From Escherichia coli (GTDB lineage: Bacteria > Pseudomonadota > Gammaproteobacteria > Enterobacterales > Enterobacteriaceae): a stretch of 64,000 nt of DNA. The stretch lies in assembly GCF_024223415.1 (NCBI RefSeq), contig NZ_CP100500.1, one strand, 5' to 3'. Below the pieces are notes generated by a model. It was not told where the DNA came from and did no database searches. It saw nothing but the letters and a program-made list of their open reading frames with translations. Below are positions 34,975 through 46,067 of this stretch, in pieces; the stretch's first letter is position 1; every line of letters starts with the position of its first letter. The position numbers and the translations under genes were made by a program.

Positions 34975-35187
34975 ATGTTATGTTTTTTAATTTATATCAC
35001 TCTCCCTTTCATTCAGCTTGTCTATTTCATTTCCTCTGAAAAGAAACTAACTATTCACATTGTGAAGATGTTTCACTTGTTATCACAGGCATTCTATAAT
35101 CTCAAAATGTTTTTAATGATGGATATGCTCGGAGTTGGAGATACAATTAATATTAATACAAATAAAAATATCCGGCAGGTATGCTAA
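34975..35187 (+). CDS. yncH: small AT-rich ORF (70 aa)
   Basis: 70-aa ORF in very AT-rich DNA; position matches K-12 yncH next to the rhsE locus. Confidence 0.55.
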   Translation: MLCFLIYITLPFIQLVYFISSEKKLTIHIVKMFHLLSQAFYNLKMFLMMDMLGVGDTININTNKNIRQVC

Positions 35188-36006
35188 AAGGATAAATGGC
35201 GTTCTCTGTATTTATTCGCAATTATCTGTAGGACAAATATGGAGAGCTTGATGAGTCAGAGCTAAAACAGCAATTGATTAATAAACATGTTGATTTATTC
35301 AAGAAAATGGATGTATTTTAAATATTGATTCTTAATATAACCTAATCAATAGATTATCACGTGAGAGCTGCACATTATTGGAGGGGCAGGGGAAAACACC
35401 ATTTTGGGAACAATGCATCAGGTACTCTTACCACTGAAGCAAGATCATCCGGGCACCAGGTGGTGGTGCAGTGCTTTGGAAATGGTCCCCTCGGGGGAGT
35501 TGTCATTATTTTCTATGCTATTTGCTTATGATATTCATCAGGTGAATTTAATAAATTCCTAATTTGAAATATCCACTATTAAGCCAGTGTTTAACGACGT
35601 TAAGATGGCAATGTGCAGATCATGTTATCAGGGTGGGGCGGTAGCGTATATTCCTTATACAAATCATCATTCATTTCAATGATTGTTATTAAATTATTTA
35701 TTGTTGTGAATAAAAAGACATTATGAATATTGGTTTAACTTTGCATATCAGGTTTTTTATTACTCGCTGTAATGTACGAGCCTGTCGTGAATAACGTCCA
35801 GAACCCATCCGTTGCGTTTGTGATTATTTTGTTGACTAAACAGACGCCCGTTTCTCTGAAGTAAAATCCCAGACTAAATCATCACATAACCATGACATTT
35901 TCTGATATTCCCCGGTAACGCCAGTTGTCGACTCACTTATTTCATCCGCCCGACATGTTGTACATGCAATATGTGCGGATTATTATTCATTTTCACGGAG
36001 GTTGCT

Positions 36007-38115
36007 ATGTCAACCGGATTACGTTTCACGCTGGAAGTGGACGGCCTGCCACCGGACGCGTTTGCGGTGGTCTCCTTTCATCTGAACCAGTCACTCTCTT
36101 CACTTTTTTCCCTCGACCTTTCTCTGGTCAGTCAGCAGTTTCTTTCCCTTGAATTTGCGCAGGTGCTGGACAAAATGGCCTACCTGACGGTATGGCAGGG
36201 CGATGACGTACAGCGCCGGGTGAAAGGTGTGGTGACCTGGTTTGAACTGGGGGAGAACGACAAAAACCAGATGCTGTACAGCATGAAGGTGTGCCCGCCG
36301 CTGTGGCGCACAGGGCTGCGCCAGAACTTCCGTATCTTCCAGAATGAGGACATCGAAAGCATCCTCGCTACGATATTGCAGGAAAACGGGGTGACCGAGT
36401 GGAGTCCGCTGTTCAGCGAGCCGCATCCTTCCCGTGAGTTTTGTGTCCAGTACGGCGAAACCGATTACGATTTCCTGTGCCGGATGGCGGCGGAGGAAGG
36501 CATCTTCTTTTATGAGGAGCACGCGCAAAAAAGTACCGACCAAAGCCTGGTCCTGTGCGATACCGTGCGTTATCTGCCGGAGTCCTTTGAGATCCCCTGG
36601 AATCCGAACACCCGTACCGAGGTAAGCACCCTCTGCATCAGCCAGTTTCGCTACAGCGCACAAATCCGCCCTTCTTCCGTGGTGACCAAAGACTACACCT
36701 TTAAACGCCCCGGCTGGGCCGGACGTTTTGACCAGGAAGGCCAGCACCAGGATTACCAGCGCACACAGTATGAAGTGTATGACTATCCCGGACGTTTCAA
36801 GGGCGCCCACGGGCAGAACTTTGCCCGCTGGCAGATGGACGGCTGGCGAAACAACGCAGAAGTGGCGCGCGGAACAAGCCGTTCGCCGGAGATATGGCCG
36901 GGACGGCGAATTGTGCTGACGGGGCATCCGCAGGCGAACCTGAACCGGGAATGGCAGGTGGTGGCAAGTGAACTGCACGGTGAGCAGCCGCAGGCGGTGC
37001 CGGGACGCAGTGGTTCAGGTACCTCGCTGAATAACCACTTTGCGGTAATCCCGGCAGACCGGACATGGCGGCCACAGCCGTTGCTGAAACCGCTGGTGGA
37101 CGGCCCGCAGAGCGCCGTCGTGACGGGACCGGCAGGCGAGGAAATCTTCTGTGATGAACATGGCCGCGTGCGGGTGAAATTTAACTGGGACCGCTATAAC
37201 CCGTCAAACCAGGACAGTTCATGCTGGATCCGTGTGGCACAGGCGTGGGCAGGCACCGGATTCGGTAACCTTGCGATACCGCGCGTGGGTCAGGAGGTGA
37301 TTGTGGACTTCCTCAACGGCGATCCGGACCAGCCGATCATTATGGGGCGCACCTACCACCAGGAAAACCGCACACCCGGCAGCCTGCCGGGAACAAAGAC
37401 GCAGATGACCATTCGTTCGAAAACCTATAAGGGCAGCGGGTTTAATGAACTGAAGTTTGACGATGCGACAGGGAAAGAACAGGTCTACATCCACGCGCAG
37501 AAGAACATGAACACCGAGGTGCTGAATAACCGCACCACGGATGTGATAAACAACCATGCTGAGACCATTGGCAACAATCAGATGATTGCGGTTACCAACA
37601 ATCAGATACAGACGGTGGGCGTTAACCAGATAGAGACGGTGGGCAGTAACCAGATCATTAACGTGGGTTCTGTTCAGGTGGAAACGATTGGACTTGTTCG
37701 TGCGCTGACCGTGGGCGTGGCGTACCAGACGACGGTAGGTGGCATTATGAACACTTCGGTGGCTCTGATGCAGTCCTCGCAGATCGGTTTGCATAAATCT
37801 TTGAGGGTCGGGCTGGGTTATGACGTCAAAGTCGGAAATAACGTTACCTTCACCGTTGGTAAAACGAAAAAGGATGATACCGGGCAGACCGCGATTTACT
37901 CCGCCGGTGAGCATCTGGAGCTCTGCTGTGGTAAGGCAAAGCTGGTGCTGACAAAGGACGGTCAAATTTTTCTCAACGGCACAAAAATTCATTTGCAGGG
38001 TAAGGAGCAGGTTAATGGTGACTCACTGTTGATTAACTGGAACTGTGCAGCCTCGAAATCCCCACCGAAGACCCCTGATGAAAAGCAGGATACGCCGGAT
38101 ATGAGAGAGTACTGA
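36007..38115 (+). CDS. vgrG: type VI secretion spike protein VgrG
   Basis: ATG 36007 after GGAGG; 702 aa; gp27-like N-terminus (MSTGLRFTLEVDGLPPDAFAVVSFHLNQSLSSLFSLDLSLVS) and gp5-like beta-helical repeats (VINNHAETIGNNQMIAVTNNQIQTVGVNQIETVGSNQIINVGSVQVETIG). Confidence 0.9.
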   Translation: MSTGLRFTLEVDGLPPDAFAVVSFHLNQSLSSLFSLDLSLVSQQFLSLEFAQVLDKMAYLTVWQGDDVQRRVKGVVTWFELGENDKNQMLYSMKVCPPLWRTGLRQNFRIFQNEDIESILATILQENGVTEWSPLFSEPHPSREFCVQYGETDYDFLCRMAAEEGIFFYEEHAQKSTDQSLVLCDTVRYLPESFEIPWNPNTRTEVSTLCISQFRYSAQIRPSSVVTKDYTFKRPGWAGRFDQEGQHQDYQRTQYEVYDYPGRFKGAHGQNFARWQMDGWRNNAEVARGTSRSPEIWPGRRIVLTGHPQANLNREWQVVASELHGEQPQAVPGRSGSGTSLNNHFAVIPADRTWRPQPLLKPLVDGPQSAVVTGPAGEEIFCDEHGRVRVKFNWDRYNPSNQDSSCWIRVAQAWAGTGFGNLAIPRVGQEVIVDFLNGDPDQPIIMGRTYHQENRTPGSLPGTKTQMTIRSKTYKGSGFNELKFDDATGKEQVYIHAQKNMNTEVLNNRTTDVINNHAETIGNNQMIAVTNNQIQTVGVNQIETVGSNQIINVGSVQVETIGLVRALTVGVAYQTTVGGIMNTSVALMQSSQIGLHKSLRVGLGYDVKVGNNVTFTVGKTKKDDTGQTAIYSAGEHLELCCGKAKLVLTKDGQIFLNGTKIHLQGKEQVNGDSLLINWNCAASKSPPKTPDEKQDTPDMREY

Positions 38116-38181
38116 TCCCGTACCTGTTCGGTATTCAGTAACAAACAAGCATTAAAAATAAACAGAAGAAGGAATTGAATC

Positions 38182-41100
38182 ATGAGCGGAAAACCAGCGG
38201 CGCGTCAGGGAGATATGACTCAGTATGGCGGTCCCATTGTCCAGGGTTCGGCAGGTGTAAGAATTGGCGCGCCCACCGGCGTGGCGTGCTCGGTGTGTCC
38301 GGGCGGGATGACCTCGGGCAACCCGGTAAATCCGCTGCTGGGGGCGAAGGTGCTGCCCGGCGAGACGGACCTTGCGCTGCCCGGCCCGCTGCCGTTCATT
38401 CTCTCCCGCACCTACAGCAGCTACCGGACGAAGACGCCTGCGCCGGTGGGGATTTTTGGCCCCGGCTGGAAAGCGCCTTCTGATATCCGCTTACAGCTAC
38501 ATGATGACGGACTGATACTCAACGACAACGGCGGGCGGAGCATTCACTTTGAGCCGCTGCTGCCGGGGGAGGCGGTGTACAGCCGCAGCGAGTCAATGTG
38601 GCTGGTGCGCGGTGGTAAGGCAGCGCAGCCGGACGGCCACACGCTGGCGCGGCTGTGGGGGGCGCTGCCGCCGGATATCCGGTTAAGCCCGCATCTTTAC
38701 CTGGCGACCAACAGCGCACAGGGGCCGTGGTGGATACTGGGGTGGTCAGAGCGGGTGCCGGGTGCTGAGGACGTACTGCCAGCGCCGCTGCCGCCGTACC
38801 GGGTGCTTACCGGGCTGGCAGACCGTTTCGGGCGGACGCTGACGTACCGGCGTGAGGCCGCAGGCGACCTGGCCGGGGAAATCACCGGCGTGACGGACGG
38901 TGCCGGGCGTGAGTTCCGTCTGGTACTGACCACACAGGCACAGCGGGCGGAAGAGGCCCGCACCTCTTCGCTATCTTCTTCTGACAGTTCCCGCCCTCTC
39001 TCAGCCTCAGCGTTCCCCGACACACTGCCCGGTACCGAATACGGCCCCGACAGGGGTATCCGTCTTTCAGCGGTGTGGCTGATGCACGACCCGGCATACC
39101 CGGAGAATCTGCCCGGTGCGCCACTGGCGCGGTACACGTATACGGAAGCCGGTGAACTGCTGGCGGTATATGACCGCAGCAATACGCAGGTGCGCGCTTT
39201 CACGTATGACGCGCAGCACCCGGGCCGGATGGTGGCGCACCGTTACGCGGGAAGGCCGGAGATGCGCTACCGCTACGACGATACCGGGCGGGTGGTGGAG
39301 CAGCTGAACCCGGCAGGCCTGAGTTACCGCTACCAGTATGAGCAGGACCGCATCACCGTCACGGATAGCCTGAACCGGCGTGAGGTGCTGCATACAGAAG
39401 GCGGGGCCGGGCTGAAGCGGGTGGTGAAAAAAGAACTGGCGGACGGCAGCGTCACGCACAGCGGGTATGACGCGGCAGGAAGGCTCACGGCGCAGACGGA
39501 CGCGGCGGGACGGCGGACAGAGTACGGTCTGAATGTGGTGTCCGGCGATATCACGGACATCACCACACCGGACGGGCGGGAGACGAAATTTTACTATAAC
39601 GACGGGAACCAGCTGACGGCGGTGGTGTCCCCGGACGGGCTGGAGAGCCGCCGGGCATATGATGAACCGGGCAGGCTGGTATCGGAGACATCGCGCAGCG
39701 GGGAGACAGTACGCTACCGCTACGATGATGCGTACAGTGAGTTACCGGCGACGACAACAGATGCGACGGGCAGCACCCGGCAGATGACCTGGAGCCGCTA
39801 CGGTCAGTTGCTGGCGTTCACCGACTGCTCGGGCTACCAGACCCGCTATGAATACGACCGCTTCGGCCAGATGACGGCGGTCCACCGCGAGGAAGGCATC
39901 AGCCTTTACCGCCGCTATGACAACCGTGGCCGGTTAATCTCGGTGAAAGACGCACAGGGCCATGAAACGCGGTATGAGTACAACGCCGCAGGCGACCTGA
40001 CTGCCGTCATTACCCCGGACGGCAACCGGAGCGAGACACAGTACGATGCGTGGGGAAAGGCGGTCAGCACCACGCAGGGCGGGCTGACGCGCAGTATGGA
40101 GTACGATGCTGCCGGACGTGTCATCAGCCTGACCAACGAGAACGGCAGCCGGAGTGAGTTTACCTACGATGCGCTGGACCGCCTGGTACAGCAGGGCGGC
40201 TTTGACGGGCGGACGCAGCGTTACCGTTATGACCTGACCGGAAAACTCACGCAGAGTGAAGATGAGGGGCTTGTCATCCTCTGGTACTACGATGAATCGG
40301 ACCGTATCACTCACCGCACGGTGAACGGCGAACCGGCAGAGCAGTGGCAGTATGATGGCCACGGCTGGCTGAGAGAAATCAGCCACCTGAGCGAAGGCCA
40401 CCGTGTTGCCGTCCACTATGGCTATGACGATAAAGGCCGCCTGACCGGCGAACGCCAGACGGTGGAGAACCCGGAGACGGGGGAACTGCTGTGGCAGCAT
40501 GAGACGAAACACGCATACAACGAGCAGGGGCTGGCAAACCGCGTCACGCCGGACAGCCTGCCGCCGGTGGAGTGGCTGACGTATGGCAGCGGTTACCTGG
40601 CGGGAATGAAGCTGGGCGGGACGCCGCTGGTCGAGTATACGCGGGACAGGCTGCACCGGGAGACGGTGCGCAGCTTCGGCAATAATGCATATGAACTGAC
40701 CAGCACTTACACCCCCGCAGGCCAGTTACAGAGCCAGCACCTGAACAGCCTGGTGTATGACCGTGACTACGGGTGGAATGACAACGGCGACCTGGTGCGC
40801 ATCAGCGGTCCGCGACAGACGCGGGAATACGGCTACAGCGCCACGGGCAGGCTGGAGAGTGTGCGCACCCTCGCACCGGACCTGGACATCCGCATCCCGT
40901 ATGCCACGGACCCGGCGGGCAACCGGCTGCCGGACCCGGAGCTGCACCCGGACAGTACACTCACAGTGTGGCCGGATAACCGAATCACCGAAGACGCGCA
41001 CTACCTGTACCGTTACGATGAATACGGCAGGCTGACGGAGAAGACGGACCGCATCCCGACGGGTGTGATACGGACGGACGACGAGCGGACCCACCACTAC

Positions 41101-42387
41101 CACTACGACAGCCAGCACCGCCTGGTGTTCTACACGCGGATACAGCATGAGGAGCCACTGGTCGAGAGCCGCTACCTCTACGACCCGCTGGGACGGCGAA
41201 TGGCAAAACGGGTCTGGCGGCGGGAGCGTGACCTGACGGGGTGGATGTCGCTGTCGCGTAAACCGGAGGAGACATGGTACGGGTGGGACGGCGACAGGCT
41301 GACGACGGTGCAGACTGACACCACACGTATCCAGACGGTCTACCAGCCGGGGAGCTTCACGCCGCTCATCCGTATCGAGACAGAGAACGGCGAACGGGAG
41401 AAAATGCAGCGCCGCAGCCTGGCGGAGAAGCTGCAGCAGGAAGGAAGTGAGGACGGTCACGGTGTGGTGTTCCCGGCTGAGCTGGTGAGGATGCTGGACA
41501 GGCTGGAGGAAGAAATCCGGGCAAACTGCGTGAGCAGTGAAAGCCGCCAGTGGCTTGCGCAGTGCGGGCTGACGGTGGAGCGGCTGGCGGCACAGATAGA
41601 GCCGGTTTATTTGCCTGAGCGAAAAATACATCTTTATCACTGTGACCACCGGGGCCTGCCGCTGGCGCTTATCAGTGAAGACGGCAATACGGCGTGGCGC
41701 GGGGAGTATGATGAATGGGGCAACCAGCTTAATGAAGAGAACCCGTATTACCTGCACCAGCCATACCGTCTGCCGGGGCAGCAGCATGATGAGGAATCAG
41801 GGCTGTACTATAACCGGAACCGGTACTATGACCCGCTACAGGGGAGGTATATTACACAAGACCCCATTGGGCTGGAGGGGGGATGGAACCTGTACCAATA
41901 TCCGCTGAATCCAGTGCAACACGTTGATCCATTAGGGCTTAGTACTATGATAATAGGTAACGGCCCCGTTCCTGATAATCCTTTTGGGCATGCTGCGGCG
42001 GCAAATCGATATGGATTAATGAGTTCGGGAACTGGGGATGAGATGGGAGCCTCTGTCTCTGATTATTTTAAAAAGATGCAACCCCGCAGAGATACCTGGA
42101 TTTGGATAATAGATACAACAGATGAAGAAGAACAATGTATGATGAATAAGGCAATAGACCTTAATAAAAAACTAAAAACTATTAACCTCGGGCCTCTTCC
42201 TGTTTTAAATAATTGTTTTAGCCGAACGAACATGATTTTTGAGGCGTGCGGGTTTAACAACCCCTCTATGAATACAAATGCGCCTATAAGCCTACAAGTG
42301 CTCGGTGAGCTTTATGGATATCAAAGATATATTATGCCTAAAGGTCCTTTCACTGGATTCCCATTTGAATTTCAAGAGGTAAAGTAA
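38182..42387 (+). CDS. rhsE: PAAR-domain Rhs polymorphic toxin (T6SS effector), 1401 aa
   Basis: N-terminal [31 protein letters not shown] (PAAR motif); many YD repeats ([30 protein letters not shown]...); Rhs core terminating at PxxxxDPLGL (ends 41940); gene symbol assigned by synteny only. Confidence 0.9.
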   Translation: MSGKPAARQGDMTQYGGPIVQGSAGVRIGAPTGVACSVCPGGMTSGNPVNPLLGAKVLPGETDLALPGPLPFILSRTYSSYRTKTPAPVGIFGPGWKAPSDIRLQLHDDGLILNDNGGRSIHFEPLLPGEAVYSRSESMWLVRGGKAAQPDGHTLARLWGALPPDIRLSPHLYLATNSAQGPWWILGWSERVPGAEDVLPAPLPPYRVLTGLADRFGRTLTYRREAAGDLAGEITGVTDGAGREFRLVLTTQAQRAEEARTSSLSSSDSSRPLSASAFPDTLPGTEYGPDRGIRLSAVWLMHDPAYPENLPGAPLARYTYTEAGELLAVYDRSNTQVRAFTYDAQHPGRMVAHRYAGRPEMRYRYDDTGRVVEQLNPAGLSYRYQYEQDRITVTDSLNRREVLHTEGGAGLKRVVKKELADGSVTHSGYDAAGRLTAQTDAAGRRTEYGLNVVSGDITDITTPDGRETKFYYNDGNQLTAVVSPDGLESRRAYDEPGRLVSETSRSGETVRYRYDDAYSELPATTTDATGSTRQMTWSRYGQLLAFTDCSGYQTRYEYDRFGQMTAVHREEGISLYRRYDNRGRLISVKDAQGHETRYEYNAAGDLTAVITPDGNRSETQYDAWGKAVSTTQGGLTRSMEYDAAGRVISLTNENGSRSEFTYDALDRLVQQGGFDGRTQRYRYDLTGKLTQSEDEGLVILWYYDESDRITHRTVNGEPAEQWQYDGHGWLREISHLSEGHRVAVHYGYDDKGRLTGERQTVENPETGELLWQHETKHAYNEQGLANRVTPDSLPPVEWLTYGSGYLAGMKLGGTPLVEYTRDRLHRETVRSFGNNAYELTSTYTPAGQLQSQHLNSLVYDRDYGWNDNGDLVRISGPRQTREYGYSATGRLESVRTLAPDLDIRIPYATDPAGNRLPDPELHPDSTLTVWPDNRITEDAHYLYRYDEYGRLTEKTDRIPTGVIRTDDERTHHYHYDSQHRLVFYTRIQHEEPLVESRYLYDPLGRRMAKRVWRRERDLTGWMSLSRKPEETWYGWDGDRLTTVQTDTTRIQTVYQPGSFTPLIRIETENGEREKMQRRSLAEKLQQEGSEDGHGVVFPAELVRMLDRLEEEIRANCVSSESRQWLAQCGLTVERLAAQIEPVYLPERKIHLYHCDHRGLPLALISEDGNTAWRGEYDEWGNQLNEENPYYLHQPYRLPGQQHDEESGLYYNRNRYYDPLQGRYITQDPIGLEGGWNLYQYPLNPVQHVDPLGLSTMIIGNGPVPDNPFGHAAAANRYGLMSSGTGDEMGASVSDYFKKMQPRRDTWIWIIDTTDEEEQCMMNKAIDLNKKLKTINLGPLPVLNNCFSRTNMIFEACGFNNPSMNTNAPISLQVLGELYGYQRYIMPKGPFTGFPFEFQEVK
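41941..42387 (+). other. Rhs C-terminal variable toxin domain (about 148 aa), family not recognised
   Basis: Begins immediately after DPLGL; base composition switches from GC-rich core to AT-rich; sequence [25 protein letters not shown]...[19 protein letters not shown]... has no motif I can assign. Confidence 0.75.
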
Positions 42388-42786
42388 ATGGAAATGCTTG
42401 GGAAGATATTAGTGATAATTATTTCCATGATAATTATATCTTGTGATTATTATAATGCTGGCATGGACTATCAAGATAATATAGCCCTCGAGCAAGTCGT
42501 AACATGGGATTCTGATAATATATTCACACCTAATATCTTTGAACATAATGGAAGATGTTTTATGAAGAAAAATGAAACATGGATGTTATTAAATGGAGAT
42601 GCAACACCAAACATTAGAACAATGAGCAATAAGAAAATAGAATGCCTGGAGAAGAGTGAAGTAGAATGGGCTAGTAGGGTTTGCGACAGTATCACAGACA
42701 AGGAAAGGGAAAATCTGAAGGCATTAATATGTAGCAAACCAGCTAAATCAGTTAATACAGGCAAAAGACCAGCGTTAGGATATTGA
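42388..42786 (+). CDS. probable Rhs immunity protein (132 aa, lipoprotein-like)
   Basis: ATG directly abuts rhs stop (TAA-ATG); AT-rich; N-terminal hydrophobic stretch ending in lipobox-like IISC. Confidence 0.7.
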   Translation: MEMLGKILVIIISMIIISCDYYNAGMDYQDNIALEQVVTWDSDNIFTPNIFEHNGRCFMKKNETWMLLNGDATPNIRTMSNKKIECLEKSEVEWASRVCDSITDKERENLKALICSKPAKSVNTGKRPALGY

Positions 42787-43229
42787 AACCGGCACTGCAC
42801 TCTATCACTATTACAATATTCTGAGTGACTAGAGCAACTGCTCCGCCATCCGGGCTAGCAGTATGACGACGAATCCGAACTGCACTACAACTGGCACCGG
42901 TACTACAATCCGGGACAGGGACCAGGGAAAGATCACGGTGTGCCGTAGGCACAAAGATGCAAAACGGGACGTTTTGCATGTAATAAGCATAAGCTTGTGA
43001 AGAGATGGTGGCAGGCCCACCGGGATCTGCTGTCGGAAGTCGGTCCCAAACAACCCCGGCTGCTGTGGTAAAGAGCCAAGGTAGTGAGCGCAGGGGGAAC
43101 GATCAGACGAGATCTGATCCTGTGTGAGATACAGTGAGATGAGTAAACCCGAACCTGTGTTGAAACGTCGTTAGTCCTAAGTGACATCAAAACCGGAGGT
43201 TTCGTGATACCGCCTGGATTAATTTACGG

Positions 43230-44725
43230 GTGAATTCCGAATGCTGCGTAAATGGTGTCCGGCGTATAGCAGGCATGACGCTGTATCAGGCTCTTTGCAG
43301 GAACTACGGGAACCAGTCGTCGCAATGTCAAGAGAGAAATACAAATAACCGAAATTATGAGTATGAGAGTATCGATGTGCGAAACCGGGGCAGAGCTGTT
43401 CGTAGTAGTGAGGAAGCGTTTGTAATGAATGTGGAGCGAAGGGGCAACGTCGGGCAGTCTGCATCACAGCCCAACTGTAAACAGGAGGAGGCTGCGGGTG
43501 AACAGACAAAACCGTTTCAGGTCAGTAAATTGCATGTGGTGGAAGCGTACCGTCGGGTAAAGGCGAATGCCGGAGCTGCCGGAGTGGATAACCAGACGCT
43601 GAAAGATTTTGAGCGGGATCTGAAAGGAAATCTGTACAAAATCTGGAACAGGTTATCGTCGGGAAGCTGGATGCCGCCGCCAGTGCGTGCGGTGGAAATT
43701 CCGAAGAAGGATGGCAGTAAAAGGCTTTTAGGAATACCGACAGTAAGCGATCGAATAGCGCAGATGACGGTGCTGGTAACGTTTGAACCATTAGTGGAGC
43801 GTTATTTCCTGAATGATTCATACGGATACCGGCATGGAAAATCAGCGCTGGATGCAATAGCAGTTACCAGAAAACGTTGCTGGCAATACGACTGGTGTCT
43901 TGAGTTTGATATTAAAGGGTTATTCGATAATATCCCCCACGATTTATTACTCAGGGCAGTGGATAAACATTGCGCGGATAAATGGGTAAGACTGTATATT
44001 CGCAGGTGGCTGACAGCGCCGGTGCAGATGCCGGATGGAACACTGAAGGAAAGAAATAAAGGTACGCCACAGGGTGGAGTCATCAGTCCGGTACTGGCGA
44101 ATTTATTTCTGCACTATGTGTTTGATAAATGGCTGTCGTTACATTATCCGGAAATTCCCTGGTGTCGTTATGCAGATGATGGATTAATTCATTGTGGCAG
44201 TAAACAACAGGCAGAGGAATTACTGAATAAACTGGCAAAACGTTTTCAGGAATGTGGACTGGAATTACATCCGGAGAAAACGAAAATAGTTTACTGCAAA
44301 GACAGCTAACGACAGGCGAACCACGAAACAGTGCAGTTTGATTTTCTGGGTTATACGTTCAGGGCGAGAAGAGCACGTAATCAGCGAAGTGGAAATCTCT
44401 TTACGAGTTTCAGTCCGGCGGTGAGTAACAGTGCGCAGAAAGGCATGATCGAAAAACTCAGGAAACTGCGGCTCAGACGCAGGGTGGAGATGAGTCTCGA
44501 AGATATTGCGAAAAGGCTGAATCCGATGATATCGGGGTGGCTGAATTATTACGCGAAATACCACAAAGATATATTAATCTGACGCTGATTGCGTGGGCGA
44601 GAAAGAAATATAAAACCCTGCGGTATAGAAAGACGAAGGCGTGTCAGCTAATGGAAAGGCTGTCAAAAGAGAAGCCGGAGTTGTTTGCCCACTGGAATGC
44701 AGGACCGGAAAGCGCGTTTGCCTGA
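43230..44725 (+). pseudogene. group II intron-encoded reverse transcriptase/maturase, split over three frames
   Basis: 43230-44309 has RT motifs (RLLGIPTVSDRIAQMTVL, PQGGVISPVLANLFLHYV, CRYADDGLIHC); maturase continues in 44331-44582 (FDFLGYTFRARRARNQRSG...GWLNYYAKYH) and 44537-44725 (IAWARKKYKTL...LFAHW), so there are at least two frame disruptions. Confidence 0.75.
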
Positions 44726-44728
44726 CGG

Positions 44729-44762
44729 GAGCCGTATGAAGCGAGAGTTTCACGTACGGTTC
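44729..44762 (+). ncRNA. group II intron ribozyme domain V
   Basis: GAGCCGTATGAAGCGAGAGTTTCACGTACGGTTC fits the domain V consensus (GAGCCGUAUG...ACGUACGGUUC) with catalytic AGC triad. Confidence 0.8.
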
Positions 44763-44945
44763 TGCGAGAGGCTGTCGGGGAGGTTCCGGTGGCCTACTCA
44801 CTTAACGCTGCTTTTTTGTACTAAATAATTCGCATTTTATGTTTAAAAATTGAGATATTCCCCATTACCTAAAGCTGTTTTTTATTGCTTATACATGATC
44901 AAATACTCCTTACATAATTAAGGAGAACAAAATGGAATTAAAAAA

Positions 44946-46067
44946 TTGATGGAACATATTTCTGTTATCCCCGATTACAGACAAGCCTGGAAAGTGGAAC
45001 ATAAATTATCGGATATTCTACTGTTGACTATTTGTGCCGTTATTTCTGGTGCAGAAGGTTGGGAAGATATAGAGGATTTTGGGGAAACACATCTCGATTT
45101 TTTGAAGCAATATGGTGATTTTGAAAATGGTATTCCTGTTCACGATACCATTGCCAGAGTTGTATCCTGTATCAGTCCTGCAAAATTTCACGAGTGCTTT
45201 ATTAACTGGATGCGTGACTGCCATTCTTCAGATGATAAAGACGTCATTGCAATTGATGGAATAACGCTCCGGCACTCTTATGATAAGAGTCGTCGCAGGG
45301 GAGCGATTCATGTCATTAGTGCGTTCTCAACAATGCACAGTCTGGTCCTCGGACAGATCAGGACGGATGAGAAATCTAATGAGATTACAGCTATTCCTGA
45401 ACTTCTTAACATGATGGATATTAAAGGAAAAATCATCACAACTGATGCGATGGGTTGCCAGAAAGATATTGCAGAAAAGATACAAAAACAGGGAGGGGAT
45501 TATTTATTCGCTGTAAAGGGAAATCAGGGGCGACTAAATAAAGCCTTTGAGGAAAAATTCCCGCTGAAAGAATTAAATAATCCAGAGCATGACAGTTACG
45601 CAATCAGTGAAAAGAGTCACGGCAGAGAAGAAATCCGTCTTCATATTGTTTACGATGTCCCTGATGAACTTATTGATTTCACGTTTGAATGGAAAGGGCT
45701 GAAGAAATTATGCGTGGCAGTCTCCTTTCGGTCCATAATAGCAGAACAAAAGAAAGAGCCAAAAATGACGGTCAGATATTATATCAGTTCTGCTGATTTA
45801 ACCGCAGAGAAGTTCGCCACAGCAATCCGAAACCACTGGCACGTGGAGAATAAGCTGCACTGGCGTCTGGACGTGGTAATGAATGAAGACGACTGCAAAA
45901 TAAGAAGAGGAAATGCAGCAGAATTATTTTCAGGGATACGGCACATTGCTATTAATATTTTGACGAATGATAAGGTATTCAAGGCAGGGTTAAGACGTAA
46001 GATGCGAAAAGCAGCCATGGACAGAAACTATCTGGCGTCAGTCCTTGCGGGGAGCGGGCTTTCGTAA
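44946..46067 (+). CDS. ydcC: H-repeat-associated ISAs1-family transposase
   Basis: 373-aa ORF ([45 protein letters not shown]...) typical of H-rpt/ISAs1 transposases found in Rhs elements; start codon (TTG 44946 or ATG 44949) uncertain. Confidence 0.85.
   Translation: MMEHISVIPDYRQAWKVEHKLSDILLLTICAVISGAEGWEDIEDFGETHLDFLKQYGDFENGIPVHDTIARVVSCISPAKFHECFINWMRDCHSSDDKDVIAIDGITLRHSYDKSRRRGAIHVISAFSTMHSLVLGQIRTDEKSNEITAIPELLNMMDIKGKIITTDAMGCQKDIAEKIQKQGGDYLFAVKGNQGRLNKAFEEKFPLKELNNPEHDSYAISEKSHGREEIRLHIVYDVPDELIDFTFEWKGLKKLCVAVSFRSIIAEQKKEPKMTVRYYISSADLTAEKFATAIRNHWHVENKLHWRLDVVMNEDDCKIRRGNAAELFSGIRHIAINILTNDKVFKAGLRRKMRKAAMDRNYLASVLAGSGLS

Larger units (their letters stand above)
42800..44800 (+). 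mobile_element. group II intron (approximate boundaries), reverse transcriptase degraded
   Basis: RT ORF with domains 0-7 and YADD, maturase X region in two further frames, intact domain V at 44729-44762; 5' and 3' ends not mapped precisely. Confidence 0.7.

Noticed and set aside
34975-35187. yncH as a component of the vgrG-rhs system
   Set aside because: Short AT-rich ORF with no recognisable domain; kept as a low-confidence CDS by synteny but not assigned a role.
38519-41787. Numerous long minus-strand and alternate-frame ORFs inside the rhs gene (e.g. 38697-39203, 39934-40656, 40726-41787)
   Set aside because: GC-rich repetitive Rhs core DNA yields stop-poor shadow frames; the plus-strand frame carries the PAAR/YD/DPLGL signature.
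42800-43230. Orphan rhs toxin-tip/immunity cassette downstream of the main immunity gene
   Set aside because: No DPxGL-preceded fragment or second small AT-rich ORF pair; the region instead belongs to the 5' part of the group II intron.
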